Below are positions 10,444 through 18,286 of a stretch of DNA of 64,000 bases, one piece after another (position 1 is the stretch's first letter; each line of letters begins with the position of its first letter). Position numbers and translations under genes: made by a program. The DNA lies in IMG/VR virus record IMGVR_UViG_3300036800_000031, positions 25,254-89,253 of that record; one strand, given 5' to 3'. The notes beneath the pieces are model-generated. The model searched no databases. It was not told the DNA's origin and worked only from the letters and a program-made list of their open reading frames with translations. This DNA is from a virus.

Positions 10444-11036
10444 GCTGCCAGGTTGGGTTCGAGGATGAACCGGAAGGGCTGTGCGCCGTAGGGCTTCTCC
10501 AGCTTGAAGCTGGCCGCGTACATGCTCTTGTTCGCGCCCTTCTTGGCGGTGCGCTTCACCGTGCCGGTCTGAAGCGTCTGGCGGACGATCAACCGGCTGT
10601 TCGGGTCGGCAGCGGTGGTGGCTGCGAGGGGGATCGAGTCCCACCCGAGCATGACCCGGACCTCAGACCCGGCGGAGGGCGTCTCCTGCCAGAGCGAGCC
10701 GTCCCCGTTGGTGCCCTGGGACGAGGCGATGGTCGAAGCGCCGATTCCGGCGTTCAGCACCAGGGCCAGGTTCTGACGGGTGACTTCGGCGAGGACGAAC
10801 GTCATGGTGCCCGTGTAGCCGGTGATGGCCTGACGGATTTCCCACAGTTCTTCCTCGACGCTGATCGGAGAAGTGGTAGGGCCGAAGTCGAACTCCGAAC
10901 CGGCGTCGGTGTACCCGAGGGCTGTCCAGCCAGCAGGCCACGCTCCGGTAACGGAAACGGGTTCAGCGGTGCCGAGCGGGGCCGCATAGAGCGTGCCGGG
11001 GCCGACCTTGATGTTGTTCGGGTTGTAAGTACCCAT
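10440..11036 (-). CDS. major tail (tube) protein
   Basis: VGPGTLYAAP...W..LGYT..G motif; size and position. Confidence 0.85.
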   Translation of the reverse strand: MGTYNPNNIKVGPGTLYAAPLGTAEPVSVTGAWPAGWTALGYTDAGSEFDFGPTTSPISVEEELWEIRQAITGYTGTMTFVLAEVTRQNLALVLNAGIGASTIASSQGTNGDGSLWQETPSAGSEVRVMLGWDSIPLAATTAADPNSRLIVRQTLQTGTVKRTAKKGANKSMYAASFKLEKPYGAQPFRFILEPNLAA

Positions 11037-11099
11037 TGGTGCTCCTTGTCTGCCGGAGTGGCGGGTGAACTCCGCCTTGGCTTACAAGGCGACAAGGTG

Positions 11100-11134
11100 A
11101 TCGAACCACACAGACCCCCGGAGGTTCGGGGATA
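11100..11134 (-). promoter_or_regulatory. putative late promoter TATCCC-N23-TTCGAT
   Basis: Same motif and spacing, upstream of major tail gene; weakest -10 of the set. Confidence 0.45.
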
Positions 11135-11135
11135 C

Positions 11136-11570
11136 TCAGAGCGCCACAGTGAAAATAATGTCCATCATCATCCGCGGCCAACCGGTGTCCGGGTCCGGAG
11201 AATCGAAGGAAGTGGTCACGTTGACGTTGAGGCCACGGGTGCCCCCGTCGCCCAGGATCGTGCCGGGCTGGAGGACGAGAGCGGCCTGCTCGATGGCCAG
11301 TACCGCCGCCCGAACTTTGTCGTAGTCCTTCCCCGCCATCCCCCAAACTTCCACGGCAACTCGGATGTCGGAGACCGGGGCTTCGCTGTTGCTCTGGACC
11401 CCTCCGCCTGACCGGGAGACCCGGATGAAGGGCACCTTGTTGGGATTGGGATTCACCGGGAGTCGGAAGAAGGCCCGCCCGGCGATGTGGGGAGTGATCC
11501 ACTCGTTGGTACGGAACCAGTTGCGGATGTCCGGCATGGCGTCCGGGATGACCAGCGGGGGCAGGCTCAC
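11136..11570 (-). CDS. tail terminator-like protein
   Basis: PFIRVSRSGG and PDPDTGWPR motifs; position before major tail. Confidence 0.7.
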   Translation of the reverse strand: MSLPPLVIPDAMPDIRNWFRTNEWITPHIAGRAFFRLPVNPNPNKVPFIRVSRSGGGVQSNSEAPVSDIRVAVEVWGMAGKDYDKVRAAVLAIEQAALVLQPGTILGDGGTRGLNVNVTTSFDSPDPDTGWPRMMMDIIFTVAL

Positions 11571-11992
11571 GAGTTCACCACCGCATCCATAGCGGGCTTC
11601 AAAAACGGCCGGGGCTTCATCAGAGACGTTCCGACTTCCAGGTAGTGGGCGTACTTGGTGTTCGCCGTGACCCTGGCGATCACCACCTCACCGCCGAGTT
11701 CCACCCGGTGGCCGATCTGATTGAGCAAGAAGCCGGTGTTCGACGCCGGGGGCTGACCGGGGGCCGAAGCGCGGTGGGCCGGGCCGGTCTGGACCCAGTG
11801 GTAGAGCTTCCCGTTGTGCTTCATGAAGTACGAACCCGGTTCGTACAACCGGCCGGAGCCGGGGATGGTCAAGAATGTCTTGGCGAGGGTCTCGATCTGG
11901 AACGCCTTTTGCAAGAGAATCTTGGCGACCGGCCCTTCCAAGTCGGCGAACAGGGCGTGGATTCCCTCGGTGTCGGTGTCGTAGGTGGACAT
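11567..11992 (-). CDS. HK97 gp10-like neck protein
   Basis: SAPGQPPASNTG.L and YAHYLEVGTSLMKPRPFLKPA motifs. Confidence 0.85.
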   Translation of the reverse strand: MSTYDTDTEGIHALFADLEGPVAKILLQKAFQIETLAKTFLTIPGSGRLYEPGSYFMKHNGKLYHWVQTGPAHRASAPGQPPASNTGFLLNQIGHRVELGGEVVIARVTANTKYAHYLEVGTSLMKPRPFLKPAMDAVVNS

Positions 11993-12330
11993 CAGCTGGC
12001 CCCCGTCACTTCACGGAGCGAAGCCACCGTGTGATCGAGTCCTAGCCCGATTGACTGTCGTGCCCAAAGGCAAACCCAGGTGGTCCCTTCGATGTCGTCG
12101 GTCACGAGATCGTTGGCTTGAAGGTCCACCGGGTCACAGGTCAGCCGGGTGTTGTAGACGATGCGGTCACCGCCGACCAGTACCGGCGCTCCGCCGGGGA
12201 GGCTAACGACGGCCGGGACGCCTTCCTTGACCAAAGCCGGACCAGCCGGGTTGGGGTCGTAGCCGTCGGTGTCAGCCGGAACGGATGACCGGGTGATGGT
12301 GACTGTGGTGGTGGCGAGGGGGATCGACAC
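11992..12330 (-). CDS. head-to-tail stopper/closure protein
   Basis: Size, beta-rich composition and synteny. Confidence 0.6.
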   Translation of the reverse strand: MSIPLATTTVTITRSSVPADTDGYDPNPAGPALVKEGVPAVVSLPGGAPVLVGGDRIVYNTRLTCDPVDLQANDLVTDDIEGTTWVCLWARQSIGLGLDHTVASLREVTGAS

Positions 12331-12990
12331 TTAGGTCTCCCAAGCGTGAGCCTGCGCCCGGCGGAAGCGGAGGATGTCCCGCTTCAACTGCGGGTCGGCC
12401 AGCATGAAGGAGGACAAGTCTCCCGAGATCGATACTCCGCCGATGGAGATGGACTTCTGCCCCATCGCCTGGACGACGGCCGGGTGCTGGGAGTAGTAGG
12501 CGATCCGGGCGATCACCCGAGCCAGCTTCGGAGGGAGTCCGGGGGTGGTCCCGTCCTTGACGCCGTAGGGGTGATAGCCGCCCATGTAGGTCACGTTCGT
12601 CTGCGGGGGGATGACCCCCTGCCAAACCGGCATCCACGGCAAGGGAGTGAACCAGCCCACCCATACCCCGAACCCCTGAATGATCGAGCCGGGGGCGTTG
12701 TCGGTGGCCGGGTTGTAAAGCGCCTCCCCGGAACTGATCGGCTTGGTCGGGTCGATGGGGACGGCCGAGGGATAGACCTTCCCGTCAGCGTAGAGATACA
12801 GGTTCTCGGTGTATTGGCCGTACCCGAGAGTTCGGACGCACTCCACCTCGACCATCGTCACCGCTTCGTCCAGGGCGCGGGCGACGTCATCGGGATCGTT
12901 CGCCCGGTCGTTGGTGATCCAGCCGTAGTCATCCACCGACACCAACGGCTGCGTAAGGCCCGTACCACTGGCGGGGGTACTAGGTATCAC
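12331..12990 (-). CDS. head-to-tail adaptor
   Basis: NVTYMGGY...LP..L and SISIGGVSIS motifs; synteny after capsid. Confidence 0.7.
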   Translation of the reverse strand: MIPSTPASGTGLTQPLVSVDDYGWITNDRANDPDDVARALDEAVTMVEVECVRTLGYGQYTENLYLYADGKVYPSAVPIDPTKPISSGEALYNPATDNAPGSIIQGFGVWVGWFTPLPWMPVWQGVIPPQTNVTYMGGYHPYGVKDGTTPGLPPKLARVIARIAYYSQHPAVVQAMGQKSISIGGVSISGDLSSFMLADPQLKRDILRFRRAQAHAWET

Positions 12991-13262
12991 TTCTGACCTT
13001 TCCGGGGCTTAGACGGCCGTAGAGAGGCTGGGGTGTGGTCCCTGGAGAGCCATTCAGCCTCGGTAGTCAGCAACGGGCCAGCTTCCGCCGGGTACTCCTT
13101 GCCGACCGCCGCCGCCAAGCTCCCGTCCCGCTTCCAGAGCATCCGTTCGGTGGCGACCACCATCGGCCGCTCGTCCTTCGGCTTCGGGTACGGGTACGAC
13201 TTCAAATCCCAGTCAGCCGAATCCAGCGCCGATACTTCTCTCTCGCAGAACATCTTTGCCAC
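12987..13262 (-). CDS. hypothetical protein
   Basis: ORF between capsid and adaptor, overlapping the adaptor start. Confidence 0.6.
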   Translation of the reverse strand: MAKMFCEREVSALDSADWDLKSYPYPKPKDERPMVVATERMLWKRDGSLAAAVGKEYPAEAGPLLTTEAEWLSRDHTPASLRPSKPRKGQK

Positions 13263-13268
13263 GGGCTG

Positions 13269-13303
13269 ATCCTAACTGTGGGTGTACACGAAACCTCGGG
13301 ATA
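13269..13303 (-). promoter_or_regulatory. putative late promoter TATCCC-N23-TAGGAT
   Basis: Motif and spacing; GTG start 6 nt after the -10. Confidence 0.6.
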
Positions 13304-13308
13304 GACGC

Positions 13309-13340
13309 GGAGCGACCCCGGCCGAAGCCGGGGCCACTCC
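13309..13340 (-). terminator. hairpin after major capsid gene
   Basis: GGAGTGGCCCCGGC-TTCG-GCCGGGGTCGCTCC stem with cUUCGg tetraloop; no clear U tract. Confidence 0.55.
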
Positions 13341-13369
13341 ACCCGTAGCTCAATACGAACTGCTGCTGG

Positions 13370-14608
13370 TCAGACCGTGGTGACGTTGCAGAACAGGTCG
13401 GGACGGAAGATCATCAGTCCGACCCGCTCTTCGCAGACCATGAGGATCTGGTTCAGCTCGGCGTACCGCTCCTTGTAGGTCTCCACGTTGACCTGCTCGC
13501 GGTCGGCGATCATGCCGCCCAGCTGGAAGTCGCCGACCAGCGAGGTGTTCAGCGCCATCGCACGGGTCCGGTAGGTCGGAACACCCCAAACCGTCAGCGG
13601 AAGGTCGCTGAAGGGGGTTCCGGCGTCGAACGTGCCCGAGCCGCCCGCTGCCCGCTTGGTGAACATGTTCCAAGCGTTGGTCGGGTTGAGGACAACCGCC
13701 GTCGGGGTGCCGTCGTGGTTCTCCACCTGAGCGAACGCAGCCCCGAAGGTCTGAGCGTTGTCGGTGTTGACCGCACCCTGCGTCAGCACGCCGTTGGCTC
13801 CCAGGACGCCCTGGAGGTCAGGCCAGGTGCCCGAACCGTTCAGGAACTCCCAGTCCTCCTTGAAACGGACCAGGTACGGCAGCCGCTGGTTGATGTATTG
13901 GATCACGGCCTGGGCGTCCTCGAACAGCTGCTTCGAGATCACCAACGTGGCGGCGATGACGGTCGGGTCGGCCTTGGCAGCCTGGAAGCTCAGCGTGGCG
14001 TTGGGCTTCACTCCACCCTCGGGGACGGCGGATGCCGACTCGTAGTTGGTGGGGTTGAGTTCCTGGACGTAGGGAATCTGCGCCAGGGTGGTCGTCATCT
14101 TCGGGAACAGGTCCCGGAGGAACAACCGTGCCTGCCTCGGCACCGGGGCGATGGGCTGACCGACCGGGAGCAGGTAGCCCGCTCCAGAGGGGTCAACGCC
14201 GGGGGGGCCGGACGAACCAAAGTCCTGCACCGCACGGGTGAGCATCTGGTCCAGCGTGCCCTTGCCTTCGTAGGCTTCCTCGAAGGGGGCGTTGCGGGTG
14301 CCCGAGAGCGCCCACTTCACCATGTCCTCGGAGATGAACATTTCCCCGAGCGACCGGCGCTCGATGTCATCTTCGGTGCTGCGTGCCCCGCCACCAGCCG
14401 TTGCGGCCAGCTTTGCGTTGGCCCGGCGCTCCTCCAACTCGCCCAGCGTGATCTGAGCGTCAAGCTCATTCACCTTGGCGAACATGGACTGGAGGCGAGC
14501 GGAATCCTCATCGGAGCGCACGCCTTCGGGCAGGTCGGCGAACTCACGACGGAGGTTTGCGCACTCCTCGTAAAGCTCGTCCAGGTTCAGGGTTGCTGCT
14601 TCAGCCAT
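13370..14608 (-). CDS. major capsid protein, HK97 fold
   Basis: Coiled-coil delta domain, GYLLP, VPEG..KP, ISKQLFED, NGSG, VVLNP, WGVP, GDF, EERVG motifs. Confidence 0.96.
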   Translation of the reverse strand: MAEAATLNLDELYEECANLRREFADLPEGVRSDEDSARLQSMFAKVNELDAQITLGELEERRANAKLAATAGGGARSTEDDIERRSLGEMFISEDMVKWALSGTRNAPFEEAYEGKGTLDQMLTRAVQDFGSSGPPGVDPSGAGYLLPVGQPIAPVPRQARLFLRDLFPKMTTTLAQIPYVQELNPTNYESASAVPEGGVKPNATLSFQAAKADPTVIAATLVISKQLFEDAQAVIQYINQRLPYLVRFKEDWEFLNGSGTWPDLQGVLGANGVLTQGAVNTDNAQTFGAAFAQVENHDGTPTAVVLNPTNAWNMFTKRAAGGSGTFDAGTPFSDLPLTVWGVPTYRTRAMALNTSLVGDFQLGGMIADREQVNVETYKERYAELNQILMVCEERVGLMIFRPDLFCNVTTV

Positions 14609-14707
14609 GACAGACCTCTTTCGATTGAATCAGGGAACGGACGCCCGGATAGGCGATCCAACGCTCTCCCGACGGTCAATCGGACCTGTCGTGGGGTGCT
14701 GAGGAGA

Positions 14708-14742
14708 AAGGTAGCGCAAGGAAGGGAGGAGGGTATGGGATA
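14708..14742 (-). promoter_or_regulatory. putative late promoter TATCCC-N23-TACCTT for capsid gene
   Basis: Motif and spacing, about 100 nt upstream of the capsid ATG. Confidence 0.6.
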
Positions 14743-14806
14743 CCCCCGAACGCGAAACGACCGGAGCCTTTTGGACCCCGGCCGAATCGCCTTCACAGTA
14801 CCTACG

Positions 14807-14878
14807 TGGCGGAGGGGAGACTCGAACTCCCGACTTCCTGGTTATGAGCCAGACGGGCTGCCGCTGCCCTACTCCGCT
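14807..14878 (-). tRNA. tRNA-Met(CAT), A1:C72 mismatch (initiator-like end)
   Basis: Cloverleaf by eye; loop CT-CAT-AA; T-loop TTCGAGT. Confidence 0.85.
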
Positions 14879-15408
14879 GTGCTCATAGAAGCTACCAGGG
14901 TGGGCCTACCGATAGCAAGGTATGGCTCCCAAGCGGGGTCTGGCCGGATTTTCAGGAGGTGGGCAGCGACGCCCTTGGGCCGGAAAGGGGTGTTGTGAAG
15001 TTCCCATCCCAGCGAGTCCAGGGTCTGGTGGCCCTTCTTCTGATTGCATCTCCGGCAACAAGCGGTGACGTTCTCCCAGGTGTGCTTTCCACCGAGCGCC
15101 CTGGGGACGATGTGGTCGATGGTGCCGTCCTGGCGGACGTCCTTCTGGCAGTAGCCACACCGGTACCCATCTCGGGCACAGACGTTGGAAGTGATGAGCA
15201 TGATGCTCCGGTGCTTCTCGGGCATCACGACGTACTTCCGAAGGACGAGGACCGAGGGGACCATGACCTGAGTAGACGGAGAGCGGAAGACTTCACCGCT
15301 GTATTCGATGGGGTCGGCAAGCTCCTCCAGGTAAAGCTCGACAGCATCCCGGTCGCGAATGATCGCGAGGGGTTCTCTGCTGGCGTTCAGGAGGAGCGCC
15401 CTGTTCAT
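14869..15408 (-). CDS. HNH endonuclease (McrA-like)
   Basis: RALLLNAS.EPL, RDGYRCGYC, TIDHIVP...GG..TWEN..ACC..CN..K. Confidence 0.92.
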   Translation of the reverse strand: MNRALLLNASREPLAIIRDRDAVELYLEELADPIEYSGEVFRSPSTQVMVPSVLVLRKYVVMPEKHRSIMLITSNVCARDGYRCGYCQKDVRQDGTIDHIVPRALGGKHTWENVTACCRRCNQKKGHQTLDSLGWELHNTPFRPKGVAAHLLKIRPDPAWEPYLAIGRPTLVASMSTAE

Positions 15409-15454
15409 CTGATTCTCGGTCTCTTTGTCATCGTCACTGCTTTCTGGTTGATTC

Positions 15455-15541
15455 TGGTCTCAGCGGCGGGAGTCGAACCCGCATGGCCGTTCAGGCCAGC
15501 CCGTTTTGAGCGGGGTGCGTATTCCGTTCCGCCACGCTGAG
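15455..15541 (-). tRNA. tRNA-Leu(CAA)
   Basis: Loop CT-CAA-AA, long variable arm, encoded CCA. Confidence 0.88.
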
Positions 15542-15559
15542 GTGATCTGAATAGTCCAA

Positions 15560-15646
15560 TGGTGCGAACGGGGAGAGTCGAACTCCCACTGGGCCGAGCC
15601 CACCACAGTCTCAGTGTGGCCTGTCTACCGATTCCAGCACGCTCGC
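15560..15646 (-). tRNA. tRNA-Leu(GAG)
   Basis: Loop CT-GAG-AC, long variable arm, CCA. Confidence 0.88.
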
Positions 15647-15647
15647 A

Positions 15648-15719
15648 TGGTGCCCCCGCCCGGAATCGAACCGGGATCGGCCTGATTAGAAGTCAGAGGA
15701 CGGATTCCATCCCGAGGGC
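15648..15719 (-). tRNA. tRNA-Arg(TCT), reduced D arm
   Basis: Loop CT-TCT-AA, canonical T arm, CCA. Confidence 0.8.
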
Positions 15720-15720
15720 T

Positions 15721-15790
15721 TGGTACCGGAGCCGAGAATCGAACTCGGTCGCCACGATTATGAGCCGTGGGCCTGCCCAGCAAATCCGGC
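15721..15790 (-). tRNA. tRNA-Met or Ile2(CAT), reduced D arm
   Basis: Loop CT-CAT-AA, canonical T arm, CCA. Confidence 0.72.
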
Positions 15791-15946
15791 AAGATCAGAT
15801 CGAATCTCCCGTGTGGCCTCTCGCTTCTCCTGGGCACGGGTAATGCGCTCGGGGCGTAGCCAGGAGTTGACCTCGCACATCCGATGCCCGTGGACAGGGC
15901 AGTGTGCGTTGATACCGATGTGCCCACGCATTTTCGCCATGAGCAC
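15758..15946 (-). CDS. small hypothetical protein reading into the CAT tRNA
   Basis: Fills the gap between His and CAT tRNAs; CxxH motif; stop TAA lies in the anticodon loop. Confidence 0.4.
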   Translation of the reverse strand: MLMAKMRGHIGINAHCPVHGHRMCEVNSWLRPERITRAQEKREATREIRSDLAGFAGQAHGS

Positions 15947-15954
15947 ATCGTAGG

Positions 15955-16030
15955 TGGGGTGGATGAGGGGAATCGAACCCCCTAACAGACACGGTCACAG
16001 CGTGCTCCCTCGCCATTTGGGTTCATCCAC
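15955..16030 (-). tRNA. tRNA-His(GTG)
   Basis: Loop CT-GTG-AC, C73 discriminator, CCA. Confidence 0.85.
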
Positions 16031-16032
16031 AG

Positions 16033-16104
16033 TCCACCAGGTAGGGATCGAACCTACGACCTTCACTTTGTAAGAGTGCTGCGCTCCCGCTGCGCCACTG
16101 GTGG
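16033..16104 (-). tRNA. tRNA-Val(TAC)
   Basis: Loop CT-TAC-AA; perfect 7-bp acceptor stem. Confidence 0.88.
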
Positions 16105-16161
16105 TTGATGCTGGGGCCGGAGGATCGTAGGCAGGCCCTTACCTCCCCTCCGGCCTTAGCG

Positions 16162-16234
16162 TGCCCCCGGCAGGAATCGAACCCGCTCATCCTCCGATTA
16201 AAAGTCGGCTGACCTCCCACTGGCCTACAAGGGC
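16162..16234 (-). tRNA. tRNA-Lys(TTT)
   Basis: Loop CT-TTT-AA. Confidence 0.85.
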
Positions 16235-16235
16235 A

Positions 16236-16311
16236 TGGTCCCCACCCTGGGTGTCGAACCCAGTGTCTTCCGAGTATCAGTCGGACGCCTTCACCGTCTG
16301 GCCCGATGGGG
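16236..16311 (-). tRNA. tRNA-Ile(GAT)
   Basis: Loop CT-GAT-AC, CCA. Confidence 0.85.
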
Positions 16312-16355
16312 ATAAGTCAGGGCGGGATGGCAGCGAACCACCATCACCGCCCCGG

Positions 16356-16428
16356 TGCCCGCAGAGGGTCTCGATCCCCCGGCCTTCGGCGTGTCGTGCC
16401 GACGCTCTCCCAACTGAGCTATGCGAGC
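16356..16428 (-). tRNA. tRNA-Val(GAC), atypical (C33, A54)
   Basis: Loop AC-GAC-AC; T-loop ATCGAGA; canonical D arm. Confidence 0.75.
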
Positions 16429-16429
16429 T

Positions 16430-16577
16430 TGGTGGAAACTCTCTCCCGGTCACGTCTGGCGACCGAACGGCACCGAGAGGGATGAACTCCGATGCTTCAC
16501 GGTCGGCGGCTTCAGCCACGTTCATCAGCGCGTGACGCCACCCAGCGACGTTCCTGAGAAGGAGGAGACAGGCTCCC
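16430..16577 (-). ncRNA. unknown structured RNA with G3:U70 acceptor-like stem and ACCA end
   Basis: GGGAGC/GTTTCC-ACCA terminal stem; internal GATGAAC/GTTCATC helix. Confidence 0.5.
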
Positions 16578-16584
16578 CCTTCGG

Positions 16585-16657
16585 TGGTTCCCGCCGGGAT
16601 CGAACCGACGCCTTCCGGGCTTCAACCGGACGCTGCTGCCAACTAAGCTAGAGAACC
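16585..16657 (-). tRNA. tRNA-Phe(GAA)
   Basis: Loop TT-GAA-GC. Confidence 0.85.
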
Positions 16658-17115
16658 TTGTTTTTTCTCCCCCGCCAGGTCGGCGTAAGGGCATGGCAGT
16701 TGGGGCATAGGATCGCCAGGTTCTCGATCCGGTGATCGTCCTTCACCCCGTTCATATGGTCAACCTCCAGTGGTATTGGCTGACCCATCCACTGGACCCG
16801 CTTGCACTCTTTACATTGACGCTTCCGCCCCTGCGCCAAGAGAATGGGCAGGAGGTGATAGGTCGGGTAGGTCGAGTTCTCGCAAAAGATTTCCTCCAGC
16901 GTGCGCCGACGAAGGGGCGCTCCACGGGTACCAACCCAGGACTGCCCGGTGAAGTGGCTGACATCGGCCCCAAGCCGCTTTGCATGTCTCTGGACCGAGC
17001 CGTAGTTGCCTCCGGCGAGATTAAGGCCGACTCCCCTGACTACCTGCGCCCAACTGGTCGAGGCGACGATGGCCTCCAGTAGCTCGGAATCGGTCCATGA
17101 CCTCGGCTTGCCCAT
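16648..17115 (-). CDS. HNH endonuclease
   Basis: RSWTD.EL..GGNY N-terminus; CKEC...LEVDHMNG..DDHRIENL.ILCPNCH; start moved to the ATG after the TAGACT box. Confidence 0.92.
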   Translation of the reverse strand: MGKPRSWTDSELLEAIVASTSWAQVVRGVGLNLAGGNYGSVQRHAKRLGADVSHFTGQSWVGTRGAPLRRRTLEEIFCENSTYPTYHLLPILLAQGRKRQCKECKRVQWMGQPIPLEVDHMNGVKDDHRIENLAILCPNCHALTPTWRGRKNKVL

Positions 17116-17132
17116 GCCGTAGTCTACCGTTA

Positions 17133-17163
17133 CGGACGCTCTCCCTGACTGAGCTAGGGAACC
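17133..17163 (-). pseudogene. 5' half remnant of tRNA-Phe
   Basis: GGTTCCC-TA-GCTC-AGTCAGGGA-GAGC-G-TCCG truncated in the anticodon stem; pairs perfectly with the 3' acceptor strand of the downstream tRNA-Phe. Confidence 0.8.
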
Positions 17164-17164
17164 T

Positions 17165-17239
17165 TGGTGCGGCCCGGAGGAATCGAACCCCATCCGAGAG
17201 GGCATAAGCCTCTCTGCGGCCACCAGCCGCACGAGCCGC
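17165..17239 (-). tRNA. tRNA-Ile(TAT)
   Basis: Loop CT-TAT-GC, A73, CCA. Confidence 0.78.
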
Positions 17240-17240
17240 A

Positions 17241-17313
17241 TGGAGCCGTCGCTGGGGGTCAAACCCAGCCGGGCGTCGTTACAAAGGACACCTCCGCATC
17301 GGGCGGCGACGGC
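17241..17313 (-). tRNA. tRNA-Thr(TGT), atypical
   Basis: Loop TT-TGT-AA with C:C at the closing pair; T-loop TTTGACC; CCA. Confidence 0.65.
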
Positions 17314-17314
17314 A

Positions 17315-17393
17315 TGGCTGGGGAGGAGGGCCTCGAACCCCCAAGGAATCCTGTTTCAAAGACAGGCGACTTTGCCACTTTGTCTACTCCCCA
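17315..17393 (-). tRNA. tRNA-Gln(TTG)
   Basis: Loop CT-TTG-AA, U1-A72, G73, CCA. Confidence 0.85.
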
Positions 17394-17394
17394 A

Positions 17395-17468
17395 TGGAAC
17401 GGACGAAGGGAATCGAACCCTCATAGTCAGATTGGAAGTCTGACGTTCTACCGTTGAACTACGTCCGC
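17395..17468 (-). tRNA. tRNA-Gly(TCC)
   Basis: Loop CT-TCC-AA, U73, CCA. Confidence 0.9.
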
Positions 17469-17469
17469 A

Positions 17470-17571
17470 TGGTGGACAGAGAGAAGATGCTCTCGACGTA
17501 TTACCGCCGTAAGTGTGACCCTCCCCTTTCCCAAGACCGTGGCATTGCCAGCTTGGGTTAGGCGTCTGCCC
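17470..17571 (-). ncRNA. unknown structured RNA with 7-bp G3:U70 acceptor stem and ACCA end
   Basis: GGGCAGA/TCTGTCC-ACCA; arms CCCAAG/CTTGGG and GGGGAG/CTTCTC; no T-loop or anticodon loop. Confidence 0.6.
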
Positions 17572-17582
17572 AGCGCCATCGG

Positions 17583-17654
17583 AGCGAATGACGGGGGTCG
17601 AACCCGCGACCTTCTCGTTGGCAACGAGACGCTCTACCACTGAGCCACATTCGC
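17583..17654 (-). tRNA. tRNA-Gly(GCC)
   Basis: Loop TT-GCC-AA; canonical. Confidence 0.92.
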
Positions 17655-17656
17655 AT

Positions 17657-17730
17657 TGGAGGCTGGACCCGGAATCGAACCGGGCTGACGCGGGTTGCAA
17701 CCGCGCACCTCACCACTCGGCCATCCAGCC
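17657..17730 (-). tRNA. tRNA-Cys(GCA)
   Basis: Loop TT-GCA-AC, U73, CCA. Confidence 0.9.
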
Positions 17731-17734
17731 AAAG

Positions 17735-17805
17735 CCCCCTCGCTAGGTAACGATCCCAGTTCTTCCGATTAACAGTCGGACGTGTGGCCTTCACACCGCA
17801 AGGGG
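17735..17805 (-). tRNA. tRNA-Asn(GTT), A54 T-loop
   Basis: Loop CT-GTT-AA; T-loop ATCGTTA; G73. Confidence 0.78.
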
Positions 17806-17809
17806 AAAA

Positions 17810-18226
17810 TCAAGCCACCACCTGCCGGTTGGCGCACCCACCCATTCGGTAGATCCGTTTGGCCTCCCTGCATCGGGAACACCGGCAGCCGTTTGGCATG
17901 TTGTACCGAGCACCTGTTCCGTGAGGTGGTACCGGCAACTTGTTGTGTCCACCACCAGAAGCCATATCTCCGGCTTCTTTCCCTTTCTCTATGTGGAGGG
18001 CATGGCAAAGAAGTTGACATTTCTCCAACTCGACCAAGAGGTTCTCCATCGAGTGAGAGAGCATGTTCGCTATCCCCTCGACCTTTGTAGTCCGGTCGAT
18101 GTGGTCTATTTCTAGGCGGTCTGTCGTACCGCAACGGACGCATTCACCTCCGAGGAAGTCGATAACGAACTCTCGTCGCTTCTTCCGACGTTCGACCATG
18201 TAGGTGTTCATATCTGCCATCGGCAT
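17810..18226 (-). CDS. HNH endonuclease
   Basis: LGGECVRCG...LEIDHID...KCQLLC..H; C-terminal HGT...Y..GCRC..C zinc motif. Confidence 0.88.
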   Translation of the reverse strand: MPMADMNTYMVERRKKRREFVIDFLGGECVRCGTTDRLEIDHIDRTTKVEGIANMLSHSMENLLVELEKCQLLCHALHIEKGKEAGDMASGGGHNKLPVPPHGTGARYNMPNGCRCSRCREAKRIYRMGGCANRQVVA

Positions 18227-18286
18227 AGGGGTTAACCGTACTACCGACGCCGACTGAGCACCCCCGCCAAGAGGGTCCGGTCAGGA

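Noticed and set aside
16430-16577. tmRNA (TGGTGGA end) or hammerhead ribozyme (CTGATGA...GAAG)
   Set aside because: Too short, no T arm or tag ORF for tmRNA; hammerhead GAAA core and stems I/III are not satisfied
18245-18285. Orphan tRNA 5' halves upstream of the Asn-linked HNH (and at 19065-19091 for the Ser-linked HNH)
   Set aside because: Only generic hairpins; no convincing acceptor or D-arm match, unlike the Phe and Trp cases
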